A stretch of 64,000 nt of DNA from Macrostomum lignano (Eukaryota). This document shows, in pieces, positions 42,301 through 54,436 of this stretch; positions within the stretch are counted from its first letter, which is position 1, and each line of letters starts with the position of its first letter. The position numbers were made by a program, and so were the translations under genes. Below the pieces are notes generated by a model. The model was not told the DNA's origin and ran no database searches. It was given only the letters and a program-made list of their open reading frames with translations. The stretch lies in NCBI GenBank assembly GCA_002269645.1, contig NIVC01000096.1, forward strand, positions 62,001 through 126,000, read 5' to 3'.

Positions 42301-45300
42301 CTACTCTGTCTCTGTTGCTAGCTGGTTGCGAAGGCGGCTGCTTCTGAGCTGGCTGATACTCAGGAGCCGTACTAGGCCGCAGGTTCGAATGCTTCAATGG
42401 TTGATAGCCACCTCCACCGCCTCCGCCACTGCTCACAACTCTGGCCTCCTCTTCTAAACCAAAATTCAACGTTCGATTCAATGTTGAAGACGATGACCTG
42501 ACAGAATCCACGACTGGATCGTTGGCGGTGCTGCTGACTGCGGACGCTCGGCTGGCTGACACTTCCTGACGATGGATGCGCCGTTTGTTGAGCACTTTAG
42601 CTAGCAGGTCGGACTCTTGAGCAGCCTCTCTAGGCGGGCAGTGCTGACAAAGATAGGCGATCAGTTCCGAGTGCTGACCGGTGACAAAGTGCCTTGCGCG
42701 ACCTTGACTGTACAGCCATTCAGCTTTGAGCGACTCGGGTTCCGATACTGGCGTGCCATCCAGTAGTTTTAAACCCGGGCACCAGTTCACAATGTAGGGA
42801 CGGTAGTTGAACTGGCTGTGGAATTGGGACAAATTATAATACATCTGATTTCATTGATTTCATAAATTAGCACGGAAATTAATAAAATCACCGCAGTTTA
42901 AACTCCCAAAAATCCTCTTCTTCCCCAAAAATAGGAATCCCAAAATCCCATTCTTCCCCATAAATTGGAAATCCCAATATCTCCTTTTCAACATAAATTG
43001 AAAATCCCAAATATCCCATTCTTCCCAAAAAAGGAAATCCCAAAAGCTCATTCTTCCCTTATAAATCCACCTACATGTATACTAAATTGAAAATTCAAAA
43101 ATTCCTTTCTTTCCCATAAATTGGAAATCCCGAAATCCCTTTTTCTCCCATAAATTGGAAATCCAAGAAATCATCTTCTTCCCCATAAATTGGAAATCCC
43201 AAAAATCTAATTTTCCCCATAAATTGGAAGTTCCGAAATCATATTTTTCTCCGTAAATTGAAAATCCCAAAAAATTCCATTCTACTCCATAACTTTAAAA
43301 TTCCAAATATCACATTCTTACCCATAAATTTGAAATCCCAAATATTCCATTCTTCCTTATTAATTGGAAATCCCAAAAATTCAATTCTTCTTCATAAATT
43401 TGAAATTCCAAATATCCCATTCTTCCCCATAAATTTGAAATCCCAAAAAATTTCTTCTTTATTCCTCACCATTAGTTGGGAATCATAAAAATTCTGGACC
43501 CATTCTTCAAAATTATTTCGAAATCCAAAAACTTCCTTATCTTGAAACTATTTTGAAATCGTTTTTTTCTACAATTCAAAAAAAACAATTTCCTAATAAG
43601 GAATCAACTCACCACTCCGGCAGAGCTTCAACGCAAGGATTATTTTTAACAGACAGCTGTTCCAGCTTCTTTAAGTGCGCCAAGTGCGACATCTGATAAA
43701 AAAATGAAATTTTAACAATGCACAAGGTAAAGAACTTGAAAATGGAGTGTTGAGAAACGCTTGATCAAAACAATAAATCAATGAGGACACATCACTCACA
43801 TCTGTCAGCTCCTCAATGATATTCTCAGCCAATGACAGGATGGTTATTGAACCGGGAAAATATTGCGGCAATTTTCGTAGCGTTGCCAAGCGATTGCCGT
43901 GAAGCAGAAGTGTCTGGCAGTTGGGACATTATTTGGTTTTTAATATAAAGCAAGAATATGAATTATGAAATATAGTTGTAATCCATGGGGATATAGCCAT
44001 CCTTCCTTGCTCACCCTTAACGATTTCAAATGCGACAGATCTGCTAGGGCTGTTATCTGGTTGTCCGACAAGTCCAAATGACGCAAATTAACAGTGCGAG
44101 TCAGGTTCTCGATACTCTGCAAATTCGTGAATAGGTCGGTACTGGGTAGAAGCGGTGAACAAGTTGCCACTAACAAAGCTGGTTCAGGGGCGACTCCTCA
44201 GTTGGGTCAGGGGCGATTCTTGAGTTGGGCCTGGGGCGATTCTTGAGTTGGGCCTGGGGCGATTCTTGAGTTGGGCCTGGGGCGATTCTTGAGTTGGGCC
44301 TGGGGCGATTCTTGAGTTGGGCCAGGGGCGATTCTTGAGTTGGTTCAGGGGCGATTCTTAAGTTGGGTCGGGAGCGATTTTTGAGTAGGTCAGGGGCGAT
44401 TTTTTAGTTAGGTCAGGGGCGATTCTTGAGTTGGGTCAGGGGCGATTTTTGAGTTGGTTCAGGGGCGATTCTTAAGTTGGGTCGGGAGCGATTTTTGAGT
44501 AGGTCAGGGGCGATTTTTGAGTTAGGTCAGGGGCGATTCTTGAGTTGGGTCAGGGGCGATTTTTGAGTTGGTTCAGGGGCGATTCTTAAGTTGGGTCGGG
44601 AGCGATTTTTGAGTAGGTCAGGGGCGATTTTTTAGTTAGGTCAGGGGCGATTCTTGAGTTGGGTCAGGGGCGATTTTTGAGTTGGTTCAGGGGCGATTCT
44701 TAAGTTGGGTCGGGAGCGATTTTTGAGTTGGTCAGGGGCGATTTTTTAGTTAGGTCAGGGGCGATTCTTGAGTTGGGTCAGGGGCGATTTTTGAGTTGGT
44801 TCAGGGGCGATTCTTAAGTTGGGTCGGGAGCGATTTTTGAGTAGGTCAGGGGCGATTTTTTAGTTAGGTCAGGGGCGATTCTTGAGTTGGGTCAGGGGCA
44901 ATTCTACAGGTGAGTCAGGGGCAATTCTAGAGGTGAGTCAGAGGCGATTCTTGAGTTGTCAGGGCGATTCTAGAGGTGAGTCAGAGGCCATTCTTGAGGT
45001 GAGTCAGAGGCCACTCTTGAGGTGAGTCAGGGGCGATTCTTGAGTTGTCAGGGGCGATTCTCAAGGTGGTTCAGGGTCGATTTTCAAGGGGTTTAGGAAC
45101 GATTCTTCAGGTGGTTCAGGAGCCATTCTTTCGATTCTTTCGATGTTCAGGGGCAATTCTTCAGGTGGTTCAGGGGTGATTCTTCAGGTGGTTCAGTGGC
45201 GATTTTTCAAGGTGTTTAGGAACAATTCTTCAGGGGGTAAACGGGCGATTCTTGAAGTGGTTCAGGGCCAGTAATGTGGCCGGATGGATGATGCTATAAC

Positions 45301-45954
45301 TGTTTAGGGGACGATTCCGAAAAGATTTAGAGGTCATTGGCAAAGGTACTCCACTGTGAATTTAAAAGAGCAAGCAGCAAAGCAATCTCACCCGAATTCG
45401 ATTGCCAGACAGATTAAGCCAAGTCAGTTTAGTCAAATTTCTAGTACCCTCAATAGATGACAAATCATTGTTAGGCAGATTGAGAACTGTTAAATTGGCC
45501 AATTGTAGTACGCCCGACATGCTCACGATGCGGTTGCTGGCTATGGATAACTGTGTAAATCAAAGAGGATATCAGTATACAGTATTATTAGTATATGGAA
45601 GAATCAGGAGGCTGTGTGCACCCTGTCTATTCCGCCCACTCCCCTGAGCAGGCACACAACCGCGCGGATACATACGCAGTAAAACGCACAGGCACACACT
45701 CAATGGCGTTAATTGCACGAGCAGAGCCAAGCCGAGCTATGGCCCCTGTGTACAGTATTACTTAAAGTAGTTTACAACTAGTTTTGCAGTACCTGCTTCA
45801 ATTCGTGATAGCCCTCAAGATTCTCGATTCTTTTGAGCTCATTTCTATCAAGAATCAGAGTCACTGGTCGAGCCTCTAATGGCAGTTGCAACTGGCGAAG
45901 ACCCTGAGCTGACAGGTCAACTGTCTGATTGCTTGATTGGCCTGATGAGGTCAT
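37996..45954 (-). CDS. CEP97: Centrosomal protein 97 (LRR + IQ) with a C-terminal FN3-like segment, 9 exons, ~845 aa
   Basis: Exons 45954-45793, 45550-45392, 44116-44015, 43913-43800, 43692-43616, 42815-41938, 41093-40900, 39741-39354, 38459-37996 (2538 nt, phase-consistent). LRRs TLILDRNELKRIENL, LRHLDLSDNQI; CEP97 signature YRPYIVNWCPGLKLLDG..SEPESLKAEWLYSQG; IQ motif AAVRIQSAWRGYRAR. The exon 5 donor (ga|gtggtg) is the weakest junction. Confidence 0.92.
38590..39335. repeat. (TAC)n microsatellite, CEP97 intron 8
   Basis: Source of the poly-V/S/Y pseudo-ORFs. Confidence 0.97.
39825..40800. repeat. ~21-bp minisatellite, CEP97 intron 7
   Basis: Unit aggggcgattcttcaggtggtt(t/a). Confidence 0.95.
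41560..41850. repeat. Degenerate ~20-bp tandem repeat, CEP97 intron 6
   Basis: Recurring aagtttcaaatgtgttta. Confidence 0.75.
42900..43500. repeat. Degenerate tandem repeat, CEP97 intron 5
   Basis: Recurring cccataaattggaaatccc(a/g)aaa. Confidence 0.8.
44185..45280. repeat. ~21-23-bp minisatellite, CEP97 intron 2 (same ggggcgattctt core as intron 7)
   Basis: Unit caggggcgatt(c/t)ttgagttggg(t/c). Confidence 0.95.
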
Positions 45955-46211
45955 TGTAATGCACTTCTTATTGTCAAGTCTCTGTATATAGAAACGGCTG
46001 TATTTTATACAAGCGTCATTTACCAAGTAAAACCAATTAGTAAATTTATTAAATCTGCAATGTAGAAAGCACCAGCAATTGAAAATTAATCTTCTAAATA
46101 TACTAAATTTATTTACTATTTATAATGAATAATGACTACTGCTGCATGCTTGTAAATAAAAATGTATTCAATTTAAACAAGACAAAATCTAACACAAGGT
46201 GTTAATTTAAT

Positions 46212-46385
46212 CGGTAAACCCACCTGTCTAATGGGTAAACCTGCATGTCTAAAGGGTAAACCTGCATGTCTAAAGGGTAAACCTGCATGTCTAAAGGGTA
46301 AACCTGCATGTCTAAAGGGTAAACCTGCATGTCTAAAGGGTAAACTGCATGTCTAAAGGGTAAACCTGCATGTCTAATGGGTAAA
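46212..46385. repeat. 20-bp tandem repeat upstream of CEP97
   Basis: Unit gggtaaacctgcatgtctaa. Confidence 0.93.
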
Positions 46386-46689
46386 TCTGCCCTTTGAACA
46401 AACTGATTGACACAGTGAAAAACTGATAAAACTGTCTATATAATGGACAAGCTGTTGAAACCCGCGGATTTTGAACCCGGGGAACTCCATTCTCCGGAAT
46501 TATTTTGCATGTATTCTAAAATCTGAGGTAAAACTCAAACAAAAACTTGCTCCCTTGTTAATAGTTAGGATAGGGTTAAACATAAAATAGTATACATTCA
46601 TGCAAAATTAGGATTTGAGGCAAACATTGATATTGTTGGCTGGGGTGCTGCGCAGAATGTCAGGCAAACTCTGGCCTCTACGTACCTCT

Positions 46690-48175
46690 GCCTCTCCCTA
46701 TGTCCTTTGCATCCTTTGAAACTTCCATCTTCTTTTCCGTTTCCTATCTTCTCTCTTGTCTCTTCTCTGTCTCCCCTCTTATCTCTTCTTTCTTCTCTCC
46801 TCTCTCGTCTCTTCCCTCTCCCCTCTATTATTTTCTCTCTCTTCTCCTCTCTTCGCTCTGGTCTCTGGTCTCTCATATCTCCTTTCTCCTGTTTTATCTT
46901 TTCTCATTTCTTTCTGCTCTCTACTCTCTCTTCCCTCTGCTCTCTGCTCTCTCTTCCCTCACCTCTCTTCTCACTCCTTACTCTACCCTCTCTCAACACT
47001 TTCCTTATCTCTACTCTCTACTTTTTCCTCTCTTCTCTCAACTCTTTCCTCTCCTCTGTCCACTCTCTCCTCTCATCTCTCTGCTCTCTCCTATCCTATC
47101 TCTCTTCTCTCTCTTCTCTCCCCTCTTTCCTCTCCTCCCTCGTCCTTTTCACCAATTTCCCCTGTCCTCTCGATTCTCTCCCTTCCCCTCCTCTCTCCTC
47201 ACTCACTTCTCATCTCTCCCTTGTCTCCACCTCTCATCCCTTATTTCTTATCTCTCCTCTTTTCTCTCTATTCTCCCATCTCTCGTCTGTTCACTCTCGT
47301 TTCTGCTCTCATCTCCCCTCTCTTATCTGTCATCTTTACTCTCATATGTTCTCTCACCTCTCTCCCCTTGTACTCCTCTCTTTCCCCTTTTTGACTCAGG
47401 AGGACTCGATCCTTTCTTCTTTCTTCTCGTCTCTTCTCTTCTCTCTTCTATACTCTCTCCCTCTCTTGTCTTCTCTCTTCTCTCTCACTCTCCTCTCTCC
47501 TCTCTTATATCGTCTGTTCACTCTCATCTTTGCTCTCTCATTTCCCTCTTTCTTCTGTCATCTCTACTCTCCTCTCTACTGTGTACTCTTCTCTTTCCCC
47601 TCTTCAGACTCCTCTCTTTCCTTACTTCTCTCTTCTCTTCCCTCTTCTATACTCTCTCCCCTCTATTCTCTTTTCTCGTCTCTCCGCACTCTGCCCTCTC
47701 TTCCTTCATCTCTTATCTCTACTCTACTCTCTCATATTTCCTTTCATCTCACTCATCTCTACAATCTCATCTCTTTCCTCTCTCCTCCTCTTCCCTTTAC
47801 TCTATCATCTCTCCTTTGTCCTCTCTTCTATCTCAACTCTCTCTCTCTCATCTCTATCTTCTCTCTTCTCACTCGTCTCTCCCCCTCTTATCTCCTCCCC
47901 TCTATCCTTTCTAATCCCCCCTCTCGATACTCTCATCTCCTCTTTGTTCTCTCATCTCACTCTTCTCTACTCTCCTCTCTCATCGATCCTCTGTCTCATC
48001 TCTCCCCTCTTCTCTCTCCATCTTCTCACCTCTACTATTTCCTCTCCCTTCTCTCTCCCCTCCTCTCGCTTCTTCGTCCCATATTCTCTGCTCTCTCCTC
48101 AATCTCCTCGTACGTCTCTCCTGTTATCTTCTATCTTTTCTTTTATCCCCTCTCGCCCCTCCTCCCTTTCTAATA
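46690..48175. repeat. CT-rich low-complexity tract
   Basis: Pyrimidine-rich degenerate (CT)n; source of the L/S-rich pseudo-ORFs. Confidence 0.95.
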
Positions 48176-48364
48176 GTCTATTCCTTTTCCTTTTCACTCT
48201 CATCTGGCCCGTATCTGCCGATCTGCCGATCCCTGCTTCGAAAGCCAGTTTGTGGGACGTAGTATATCATGGTTGTTATCATTTCTCATGCTTTAATCAC
48301 GTCATCTTTCTGGTCAATTAGCAGCCCTGAGAGAAATTTGTATATCTCCAGCTCCACCACCACG

Positions 48365-48785
48365 GATAGCAGATTTCGGCTAGCAGATTTCGGCTCGCAG
48401 ATTTCGGCTCGCAGATTTCGGCTCGCAGATTTCGTCTAGCAGATTTCGGCTCGCAGATTTCGTCTAGCAGATTTCGGCTCGCAGATTTCGGCTGGCAAAC
48501 TTCGGCTAGCAGATTTCGGCTAGCACATTTTGGCTAGCAAACTTCGGCTAGCACATTTCGGCTAGCACATTTCGGCTAGCAAACTTCGGCTAGCAGATTT
48601 CGGCAAGCAAATTTCTCGCTAGCAAACTTCGGCTAGCAGATTTCGGCAAGCAAATTTCTCGCTAGCAAACTTCGGCTAGCAGATTTCGGCAAGCAAATTT
48701 CTCGCTAGCAAACTTCGGCTAGCAGATTTCGGCAAGCAAATTTCTCGCTAGCAAACTTCGGCTAGCAGATTTCCTGCTAGCAGAT
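48365..48785. repeat. 14-bp minisatellite
   Basis: Unit gcagatttcggct(a/c). Confidence 0.93.
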
Positions 48786-49379
48786 CTCGTACTCCCACCA
48801 CCACAGTCTGCAGCAGTCTAACAACCATGGAAATACGCATTTCTTAGGAAGCCATTTAAATTTTAAAATACCTTATGCGAATCTTAATGTTAAAATTTTC
48901 ATGGTGTAACTAATTTAGTAGGATTGCATTGTAATCAGTTATTCATTAATTTTTCGATATTTTTACAAACCATCCCACATCGCCTTGATTTGCCATCCTT
49001 GTTTAACTGCTGCAGACTTGTCTATTCAGAGGACAGTGGTTTGAAATTCAATCTCGCTAAACTCTCTCCTCTCCACGCCTCTCTCCACGCGCGGGGGTAC
49101 AGAGAAGGCTATTAAAAAGTTATTCCAAAACACAGTACATTCGCTATGTACATTGAGCCCTATCGCCTGACCCTTCGTCTGGGCTGGGGGAATGAGTGAG
49201 TGAGCGGCACAAACAACAGAAAAAGCAGACAAACTTCACATGCTTACAGTTTCTTTTTCGGTTGAGTTACAGAGTTGAAACTTTACATTTAGACAGAGAA
49301 TGAATCAAAGAAGAATTGTGTCAAGTTAGAAGTCAATCGCTTCACGTGGAGCAAACTTATGGCAGCCGAAAGTTAGTCA

Positions 49380-49826
49380 TTTTGAAACCCTTTTACACAT
49401 CTGGGCCCAGATCGGTATCGGGAAAGAGAGGCAGGCGGGCGGAGGTTGGGGTGGTTGCTACGCTGAAAAAAACAGCCAAACTTTAAAAGTGCACACCGCC
49501 GTTCAGGATTAACTTTCAGACTCGAAATTTTACACGATTGTGTCAAAATAGTTGAAAATTGATTGTGTCAAATTTGAAGAGGATCGGTAGAAGTGGAGCG
49601 GCGCTAAGGAGGCTTTAGTAAAAAAATCGCGCATTTTGAGCAGTTTTTTGCACTTTTAGGTAGGAAGACTCAAATTTAGGAAATTTAAAGGTAGCCTAAG
49701 ACATTCTCCGTAGTGAGTTTAGGGTGGGTGTAAAATTTGGTGTCATTTGGTTGAGCGGTTTGGGAGTCCATAGCGATCAAAATTGTCCACAGACACACAG
49801 AGTTTTGATTTTTATAGGTATACGAG
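49380..49826 (+). mobile_element. Non-autonomous Helitron-like element (copy 1)
   Basis: 3' end aaaatttggtgtcatttggttgagcggtttgggagtccatagc...cagacacacag...ttttataggtatac resembles non-autonomous Helitron termini. Shares gggcggaggttggggtgg and gatttttataggtata with copy 2. Confidence 0.45.
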
Positions 49827-50009
49827 GCCAACTCCTCCTCTGGAGGAGAAAGGGGAAGAACTCCCATCACCGGAATTCCATTCCCTGAAATCCATCAGCG
49901 GAAATTCCATGACTTGAATCCCATCTTCCAAATCATCTCCAAATCCTCTGTAAAGCCTTTCAAATACCATATCTTGTTTTCCCTGTTCGCAAAAACTGAC
50001 TGCCATTGT

Positions 50010-50485
50010 CCAGACTCAGATTCTTCTGTCTCCTCTCTTCTCTTTTCTCTCCTCTCACGTCTCTCATCTCTACCACCTTATTTATCTCTTCTCCCTCGTC
50101 TTTCGTCTTTCTCTCCTGTCTCCTTTATCCCCTGTTTTTTCCTCTCTCCTCTCTTCTCTCCTCTCTCATCTCTCATCCCTCATGCCTCATCTCACTATTT
50201 CTTTCTCCTCTACTCTCAGCTCCTCTCTTCTCTCTCCTCTCCTCTCTCCTGTCTCCCTCTGCTATCTCATATCTTCCCTCTCATCTCCTCTCTCCTCTTT
50301 TCTTCTCTCTCCATCTTCGTTCCCGCCTTACTCCCCTCTTCTCTCCCATCTGTCATGTCTAATCTGTCCTCTCTCATCTCTACTCTCTTTTCTATAATCT
50401 CTTCTCTCTTCTCTTTTCACTCTTCTCTCTTCTCTTTTCACTCTTCTCTCTTCTCTTTTCACTCTTCTCTTTACTCTCTTTACTG
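50010..50485. repeat. CT-rich low-complexity tract
   Basis: Pyrimidine-rich. Confidence 0.93.
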
Positions 50486-50504
50486 ACTGACTGAAGATAC
50501 CAAA

Positions 50505-50830
50505 TCCATCAAAATCCCTCCATGAAACAGAAATCCTCTCCGCGAAACAGAAATCCTCTCCGCGAAACAGAAATCCTCTCCGCGAAACAGAAACCCTCTC
50601 CGTGAAACTGGACTCCTTTCGAAATCCAATCCGCCAAACAGAAATCCTCTCCGTGAAACTGGGCTCCATGGAAATCCTCTGAGTGAAACTGACATCCATC
50701 AAAATCGTCTCCGTAAAACAGAAATACATCTAGATTCTCTCCATGAAAAAGAAATCCTCTCCGTGAAACCGAAAACCATCAGAATACTCCGTGAAACTGG
50801 ACTCAATCGAAATTTTCTCTGTCAAAAAGA
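50505..50830. repeat. 20-bp tandem repeat
   Basis: Unit gaaacagaaatcctctccg(c/t). Confidence 0.88.
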
Positions 50831-51479
50831 ACTTAACTCTCAGAATTCATTGGTTATGGTTAGGGTTTGAGCTGCACAGAGCTGCGTGTTGAATTAATTG
50901 AATCAATTAATTGCGCAAACCATTTCTCAGTCAGACAGTATCAGTCTTATTTAAAGTTAAATAAACGGTTGCGCAATCTAAATCAACCCTCCAATACGCA
51001 GCGGCAGACCCCCTTCCAATACGCCCAACTTTATCTATTACGTCTCGCAAAACTGAGTACAATTTTTGCAGAAAGTTAAAAGTATGGAAATAGTTTTTTA
51101 AATGCTGTGCTTTTTCTTTTCATATTCAAAGCAAACAACTTATATCCCCGAACTCAGCGTTGCAAGATCTTTCCAGCAATATAAGTTTCTCCTCTCAAAG
51201 TTTAAAACTCGAGGAACAGTTAGCGTTTGAAATTTACCAATTTCCCGACTGCTTGCTAAGTTGCTAGAGAAGCTCGCAAGTTTATTCATTGAATTTCACT
51301 GCCAAACTAATACACAGGGCTGCCTATGGAAAAAAGGCGCCAATAATAAAACCAAATGAATCTCGACACAGTCTATCTATTCACACTGTACAACTGCTAT
51401 GTACACTCAGCCCAAGCCCAACCCCCGTTCTGGGTTAAGCATTAAATTTAACTCAGCCCCCCAACACGCGGGGGTTTTA

Positions 51480-51820
51480 TTTGCATTGAACCCAGAACAC
51501 GCGCACCCACCACCCCTCAATACACAGCGGCTCGCGGGCGGAGGTTGGGGTGGCTATTTTTACAAACTGGCTGCAGCCCCAGTCAGAGTGGCCAAAGAAG
51601 GTTATTGGGGGTTAAAAAAGCAGTTTTCTGCTTTTTTAGGGATGTTAAAATGTGAAAATTAAAAATTAAAATAGCCTAAAGCCTGCTCCGGAAAATTTGC
51701 AGTTTTCCCATATAAGTTTCGACGCTGACTTGGCAGTATTGTAGGAGTTCACTTACAACATACATACACACAAACAACGCACCACTTTTAGTATTAAGAG
51801 ATTTTTATAGGTATAGATAA
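51480..51820 (+). mobile_element. Non-autonomous Helitron-like element (copy 2)
   Basis: Same gggcggaggttggggtgg core as 49436; ends acatacatacacac...gatttttataggtatagat. Confidence 0.4.
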
Positions 51821-52307
51821 ACCTATTATCAAATTTGTAAACAGTCTAAAAGGTCATTTTTTGCTTATTTTAAATTGAAAAATACTAGGCCTAAGCATAA
51901 ATGAGAGTCATTAACACTAATGCATATAATTTAGCTAAAAGTAAAATATTATTATAATTCATTTTAACAAATAAACAATAATATAACAATTTTAATCTTT
52001 TTAATAAGATGGTGCTATATAAAGTTTTTTTAACATTTTGATAGTTGACAAAACAGTATTGTTCCAACACAACCCTAAGACAAAGTGCTAACAAAATAAA
52101 GGTATATCTGATTTACATGTAGGCTAGAAATTTTTAGCATACCAGTGGATAGTTTAGCTGTTTTGGTATACCACTACACATTGGTATATATACCATTTTG
52201 AGCTTGAGTAAACTTTTGGCATACTAATTAATATAGACCAACTTTTCAAAACTTTAATAAATAACAAATTACATTGCAAGAATATATTCATTTTTAAAAG
52301 TTTTAAA

Positions 52308-52911
52308 CCATAGTCAGGATCATGTCATGGTATATGCCGGAATAAAAAGTCCCCCTAAAAAATCAATGCCACTTCATACTGAAACGTATGCCAAGGTCCT
52401 AGGAACTTATGCCAGGTTTTCTAGGCTTTGCAACAATAAAAATAAATGACTTTTTTTGCGTGTTACACATTTTTTTACTAATAAAAATTTCACAAATGTG
52501 TGGTTTTCATTTAAAGTGAATTGGCTTACAGATAATGCCAACAAAAATCAATTTTTGGTTTAAGTTTTTTTAGAAAATTAATGCAATTAGTTTGCATGGA
52601 ATTTTAAATTTTTATAAATCACAAATAGTTATAAACTTTCATCTTACGAGTTTTATGGTTTTTATGATTTTATAATAAGATTCTGAGGTTACGGCATTAT
52701 TCCAACAATTGTTAATATTAACTTTGGCGTGAAGGTTGGAGTTGGCATACGCTGCTTGGCGTATTTACGCCACGGCGTCACGCCAAAAGGTAGGGCCTAT
52801 GCCAAATATATTTTGCCTCATTTTTTATGCCAATTGTATGCCAAAAAAAAAGTAAAATTTTCAATTGTACGCTGGAAATTTCAGGCATAATGTACATCAT
52901 CCTGACTATGG
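52308..52911. mobile_element. ~600-bp MITE with terminal inverted repeats
   Basis: CCATAGTCAGGAT (52308-52320) and ATCCTGACTATGG (52899-52911); the TIR extends imperfectly inward; ttttaaa on both flanks. Confidence 0.65.
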
Positions 52912-53349
52912 GTTTTAAACAAGTCCATTTTTATTAACAAGACAAACAGTAGGGGCCTACTGTTATATTAGAAATATAAACGTAAAAAGTTTTAAAAAGA
53001 AAAATGTATGAGAAATACTTTTTTTGATAAAATTAAAAACATTATAAAAAATTAGTTAAAAATTGTTTCTTTAGAAAATTCGAAACAAGTTTCTTGGATC
53101 ATATTTTTCTCTTGAAGAAATTACCAACTATAAAAGAGATCCTTTATATAGTGTTGCAATAGCAAAAAAGGTCCTTTGGCTTTATTGTTGTCATATTGAT
53201 AATTTTTGTATATAAAAACAGCATACTTTTGGAAAAAGGCATTTTTCTTAGGACCTACAATACATAACATACCAAGACTGCATTATCCAAACTATGGTAA
53301 ATATAATTGGAGATAGAGATTTAGTATATAGGACTAGCAATCTACAGAT

Positions 53350-54280
53350 CCTAGGCCTAGTCAAATCGTCAACTGGCGTTTTATCAACTGGGGAGCTATT
53401 ACCCTAAGGTCACTTCGTCAACTGGCCAATCAGTAGACCTCTAAAAGTGGTCACTTCGACCGGTGACTTCGTCAATTGTCAAAATTTGCGACACTTTAAA
53501 ATGATGGTCACTTCGTCCACTGTGCATTACGTACATACTCGTATTATGCAATTCAGTATATTTTCCTGGCTGCATTTGTGCCAAGAATTGTTCTGTTAAA
53601 CTCTCACATGAATTGAATGAATCGGGTTAAGCATGTTAATTAATTTTAATTTTGAATCGCACCACTGCACAACAACAATTTGACATTTCTAATTACATAC
53701 ATACATTTGAATTTTGTAATATTAAAACATTGAATTACAACAAAGGAAAAGCTATTTCAAAAATGAATGATTAAAAAAGATAAACAGATAAAAAATTATC
53801 AAAATTAACCATAAAAACTACAATCAACGACTTCTGGACTAATGCTTAATGATTTATACGCATTTGACATCGTCGAGTAACGCATTTGACATGCACTTCG
53901 TACGAAGAAAAAGAGAAAAGAAAAAAGAATAGTCACTTCCATCGAGTCAACGTATTCAAAGTTTGTTTCGTTTCGTCGATCAACTGGGGGGGGCATTGAT
54001 CTCGGTCTCTTCGTCAACTGACCAATCAGTAAGAAGACCACTATAGACTTTGGTCACTTCGTCAATAGCAAATACCGCTACCCCTGCCAAATAGTCACTT
54101 CGTCAACCATTTGACGAAATGCCAGTTGACCCAAATCTACGCCCCCATTGGAGAGCCAAAGAAATGCAATGCACATTTTTTAATAAGCTACATGTAAGTC
54201 TTGAAATCTTAAAATCTCCTGTCAAACTTTTAACCCTAACCCTAACCTTAATCATAACCCTAAATTAACTGACTTGAAAA
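53350..54280. mobile_element. Non-autonomous element with repeated gtcacttcgtcaa motifs and a short ccctaa run
   Basis: About 8 copies of (gg)tcacttcgtcaa(c) in two clusters; an inverted ttgacgaaat copy near 54112; taaccctaaccctaacc at ~54232. Confidence 0.45.
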
Positions 54281-54436
54281 AAATTACGGCTATCTATAGA
54301 TTGAAAGGATTTTTTACAATTTGCAAAAAACTGGTGCTTCCCTATCTCGATCTCCACAGTAATATTAGATTAATATTCGATTTCGAGTACTTCTGCTTGC
54401 TCTCTGTCGCTGAAAATTGACATGCAGGACTTCACT

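Noticed and set aside
54230-54265. Telomeric repeat (ccctaa)
   Set aside because: Only 2-3 degenerate units, embedded in a probable transposon relic
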